DNA of 64,000 nt, taken from the NCBI GenBank assembly GCA_973851085.1, contig OZ316775.1, positions 10,726,001 through 10,790,000 of the forward strand, read 5' to 3'. Shown here in pieces: positions 59,768 through 64,000 of this stretch. Within the stretch, counting starts at the first letter, position 1. Each line of letters starts with the position of its first letter. The notes beneath the pieces are model-generated. The model was not told where the DNA came from. It saw nothing but the letters and a program-made list of their open reading frames with translations, and did not search any database. The position numbers and the translations under genes are program-made. The stretch is from Ptychomitrium polyphyllum. Its lineage: Eukaryota.

Positions 59768-62700
59768 ATGGCAGCGTCTGTGCACGCACAAGAGCTGGGA
59801 TCGAAGCTACCGCCATTGAAAATGACTGCCTCCCAACTAGCGATTCATCCTCAAGATGTGAGGACTCCACCCACAATGGCGTCCGACAGTCACTTGGGTC
59901 ATAGCCAGGGTGCATCCCTGGATCACTTGCTGGCCCATTTGGAGAGCTCCAAGCAGGCGCTGGAGCATCAAGTGCAACAGCTGTTGCAGGAGAATAGGCT
60001 GAGTAAATCTGCGAAGAAGGAGCAGCAGTGGCAGATGGAGGGCGACAGACTTCATTCAAAGCTGGATAGTATGAACGTGGCCTTGATGGAGAAGGAGGAG
60101 CGCATCCGCCTGCTTGAGAAGGAACTTCGCGATGCCAGGGGTTCCATCCAACATCTGCAAAGCAGGTGCCGAGAGGCGGAGAAAGTGAAAGAGAGGGAGG
60201 CGTCGGAGAGATTTAATATGCAGGTTGATCTGGAAGAAGTTCAGGCGAACTTCCAAACTCTTGAAAGAGAGTACAGGTTGAAGCACAACGTTGCAGAGAA
60301 GCAGCGACAGGCTCTTGAGAGCTTATCTGACAAGGTGGAGAAACAGAAGGAATTCTTCCAGGTATACTCATGTTTTCTTGCTGTGACGCAAACTTTTTCC
60401 AATCGAAAAGTGTGCATTGGAAAGTAAGAATTTGTGTTCCCACCCTCCTTCCCCCTTCAAATGTTGGTTTTATGTTATGAGATTTACAGAATCAGCTGGA
60501 AGATGCGAGAAGGAGACTGGTAGAATCTGAGGAAAGCGAGCAAAAGCATGAGCTGGCAGCTCAGTTTGCAAGTCAGCAAATGGCTGAGAGAGAAAGGCAG
60601 CTCAAGTCCTTGCGAGATGCTCATGAGAAGCTGCTAGCGGTTCATAAAGGCAAGCAGGCAGAAGAAAGACACGAGGTGAGAGAAGTGATTCAAGTGCTAG
60701 AATCCACCCATGCCAAATGTGAAGAGCAAAAAGCATTGATTAAGGAGCTGGAGCAAGAATTGGGCAAGACTAGGAAAGAAGCCCATCAACTTGATGTTCG
60801 TGCCTCAGTTGCTGAAGCAGATGCCAGTTCGAAAGCGGCAATGCTTGAAAAGGTACTCAGTGCTCACCCCAAAGCTTCAATTCCCACTTAATTGATCAGG
60901 TCTGTCAATGTGAAGTATTCTTAACTCTGATAGACTTATTGGTGCTACGACGAACATTGTTCTGAACCTCAGCTGCAATTGGAGCTCAAAGTTACTTCCT
61001 CCAACGTTGTTCCTTTGACAAAGGCCAACGCCCAGATCGAAGATTTGAAAGCACAAGTTGAGGCATTGAAGAGAAGCGTACAAGATGTTGAGAATATGCT
61101 CGTTGAAGAGAGTGCACTAAGATTTAAGGCAGAATGTGCACTCAACGAGTATAAGGTGAGAGAAAAGAGCCTGTTGAAGATAGAGCAGGACAGCAAGGCC
61201 TTGCAAGTGGAAGTCAAGTGGAGGAATGAGCAGTTTGAATCATTGGAAGAAGCACACAGCAGGATGAGGGACCAGTTTCACGAAGGCCGCAACATGTGGG
61301 CATCGGAGAAGGCAGCCTTGTTTCGTGACATCGAGGTGTTGACAGAGAATGTGCAGTCTGGAGATATAGTCATTCACGACCTTCGGTCCCAGTTGAAGCT
61401 TCTCCAGCGGTCCCTTGGTCACGAGGAGAATTGCAGGAAGCTTCTGGAGTTTCAGCTCGCGGATGCGAAAGCAGGGATGGAGAGCGTTTCTGCAGAATTT
61501 TGTTCGGCTCAATCCATATTAGAAAGTTTGAGAGAGAATTCGAAGAAAGAACTTTCATTCCTCAAGGACACCCTGACAGAGAAGGACAAGCAACTGAAGG
61601 AGCTTCACGACAAGCAGAAACAGATCAACCAGGATCGGAAAGAGCTGAGCCAATTGGAGGCTGAACTTGACAGCTATAAGAGCAGCTGTGAGCATTTGCA
61701 GCAAGCTTTAGAAAACCGTGCAGAGCAGGGGATGCTAGCAATGGAAATTATTGGAGCACAAGGGAACGAGGCTGAACTAGGTCCTGATCTACAAGAGGAG
61801 AGAGAAAATTTGACGAGGAGCCTGAATGACGCAGAGACTATCATAGCTGCCAAGGAAGTGGAAATGAAAGAGCTCGAGATGGAGCTGGATCGGACACAAA
61901 CCTTGTCGGAGCTTTTGAGGACCTCATTGGCAGAAGCTGACGAGAAAGATCTTGAAGGGAAGACCAACCTGGAACAAGTCACTGCGTCCTTGTCAGCCAG
62001 GAAGCTGCATGTCATGGAGCTTGAGACAGAGTTGGAGGGGCTCCGGGCGGTTGTGAATGATGTTCGTGAGTGCAACTCCGAAGCAGAAGCTCGAATTATT
62101 CTTTTAGAAGAGAGGCTTCGTGATAGCCAAAGAAAGTTGCAAGCTAAGGACAACCTTAACCCGACGCTCTCGAATGTTCATAAGCATGAGGAGGTCGTCT
62201 TCGCAGTGGGATTGGACCCTGAAGCTCTGCAGCGGAAATTGAGCACTTGTGAGAGAGAGAGGTCTGACATTGAAAAACATCGTGATAAGCTTATAGCAGA
62301 GTCAAGAGAAACAAAGCAGCTGTATGAAAGGGAGAAGCAGGAGCTGCTCACAAGGCTTGAACATCTTGGCAAACAGTGCGCAGTGAAGGATAACCAGTTG
62401 AACGATTTGCTTGATCAAATCGAGAGGGAGAGGCAAGTCATCAATACACTTGAGGCTCGTTGTTCAACCACTGAGCAAGAGTTGTCAAAGCAATTGTCGC
62501 TGGTTGATCATGTTCGTGAAGAGGTGATTGTGTGGAAGCTCAATGCCCAGGCTTATAAAGAGAGAGCTCAGGTATTGGATACGTCTTTGTATGCTGAAGC
62601 AGCAGCAAAGGATGCTTCTCTACAAGAAATCAAGGCCTCTCTTCATGAGTTGACAGTTCTTTGCAAGGGTGGCACTCAGGCTGCAACTAGTCAGACACTC

Positions 62701-64000
62701 AGAATTTCATCGATAGAGGAGAAATTGCAGCGGCAAGATATGTTGCAGGGCAGCATGGATGGGAGATTGGTTTCATTGTTGGGAGAGTTGAATGCTGTAA
62801 TGGAAGAAGTTGAGAGAATTTCGCAAGGTGTAGCTTATCTAAATACTGAGCTGCACAGTCTTGAAGATGATTCAAAGCTAACGAAGACTGACTTTGAGAT
62901 ACGATTGAGGGCAGTGGAGGGGCTGTTCATTTCTTCTTGTACGGAGTTGAAGGAGGTGATAGTCTACTCCTTATCATACAATTGTTTTGCGTCGCACAAC
63001 CTAAGGTTTGAACATAAAAGGAAGGTGTGTTTTTGTAAAGTTGTACTGATTTTTCTGATTTTGTGGTGTGGTGAAACTGCAGATATCACAACAAGTGGGA
63101 CAGATGAATGCTGAAAGGCTTTCTCTTGAGAACAGTATGAGCATGAAGGGGGAAGGCCTGGAAGTATTGAAGGGGGAGAATCAAAGCCTTCATGCTGAGA
63201 AAAGCAGGCTTGAAGCTAACGTCAATGGTTTGGAGGAAAGGTTACTCAAATTGGCTAGAGAAGCTGAGAGGAGCAAAGTTGTTATTGATACTTTGAACGA
63301 AAATCTAAAAGCGGCTGAAGTAGGTATGGCAGCTAGAAGTGAAGAGCTATACGAGCTTCATGGAAGATTGGAGGAGGCAGAGAGCAAAAGTATGCACTTC
63401 CCGAGTGTTGCAGAACAAGCCCGGGGCTTAGAGGATAAACTCAGAGAAACGGAAGCCATTATCCACGACAAAGAACAAAGACTTGCTGCTTCTGAGTGGA
63501 CCGTGCAACAACTAGCTAGCGAGATTGCGAAGTCCAAAAGTCACTTGACACAGAAAGAGAAGGACGAGGTAGCGTCGATGGACCGTCTGTCGCATTTGAC
63601 GACACAGCTTAGAGAAAAAGAGAGGGAGTTGATGGAGCTCCATTGTGATCTGGAGAATGCTGTGAAGACTAGTAACGAGAGGCATACAGTTGTGCAGCAG
63701 CTTACATGCTCTAAGGAAGAGCTGGGCCTCGTATTGAACCTTACAAAACGCGCTCTGGAGGAGAGAACAGCAACTCTTGCAGCATCAGAAGCCGAAGTCA
63801 AGAGGCTACTGGAGATGCAGAGATTAACAGAGGGAGCGTTAGAGATTTACAAAGAACAGCTGTCAAATGAAGTAAAGACAAACGTAGCCCATGAAAAGGA
63901 TATGAAGCAATTTTGTGACGATATGGATAGGACTAAGCAGGAATCCAAACTGGCAGAGGTTCACGTTTCAGATTTACAAGAAAGACTGAGCTGCTTAGAG
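59768..64000 (+). CDS. Long coiled-coil protein, At4g38062-like, 3'-incomplete; exons 59768-60361, 60490-60852, 60973-62955, 63083->64000
   Basis: Continuous E/K/L/Q-rich heptad sequence across in-phase GT-AG introns. The block KWRNEQFESLEEAH..MRDQF....W..EK..L..DI..L......I.DL..QL..L..SLGHEE..RKLLE.QL resembles, from memory, the conserved segment of Arabidopsis At4g38062-type proteins. Confidence 0.8.

Overview
Eukaryotic nuclear DNA from a land plant. It is most likely a moss (Physcomitrium/Funariaceae-like). This is inferred from GC-moderate, GT-AG intron-rich gene islands, very AT-rich decayed spacers and a Tcn1-type chromovirus LTR family. Six protein-coding genes can be reconstructed: an intronless EXORDIUM/PHI-1 gene (+), a 12-exon AFG1/LACE1/ZapE-family AAA+ ATPase with an unexpected in-frame C-terminal EF-hand pair (+), FIDGETIN-LIKE 1 (+), SRP19 (+), a malectin-like LRR receptor kinase (-), and an At4g38062-like long coiled-coil gene that runs off the end (+). 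Mobile DNA includes one decayed two-LTR Ty3/gypsy chromovirus (45040-51651, -). It has an RT-RNaseH deletion, a nested solo LTR of a different family, and a relic extra ORF between pol and the 3' LTR. Three more LTRs of the same family lie at 5-9 kb. A tandem tRNA-Glu/tRNA-Phe relic lies between SRP19 and the kinase. The most notable observations are the AFG1-EF-hand fusion, the extra retroelement ORF, heat-shock-element-like arrays in the LTRs, the tRNA relic pair and stacked uORFs in the SRP19 leader. All exon coordinates were read by eye and need transcript confirmation.
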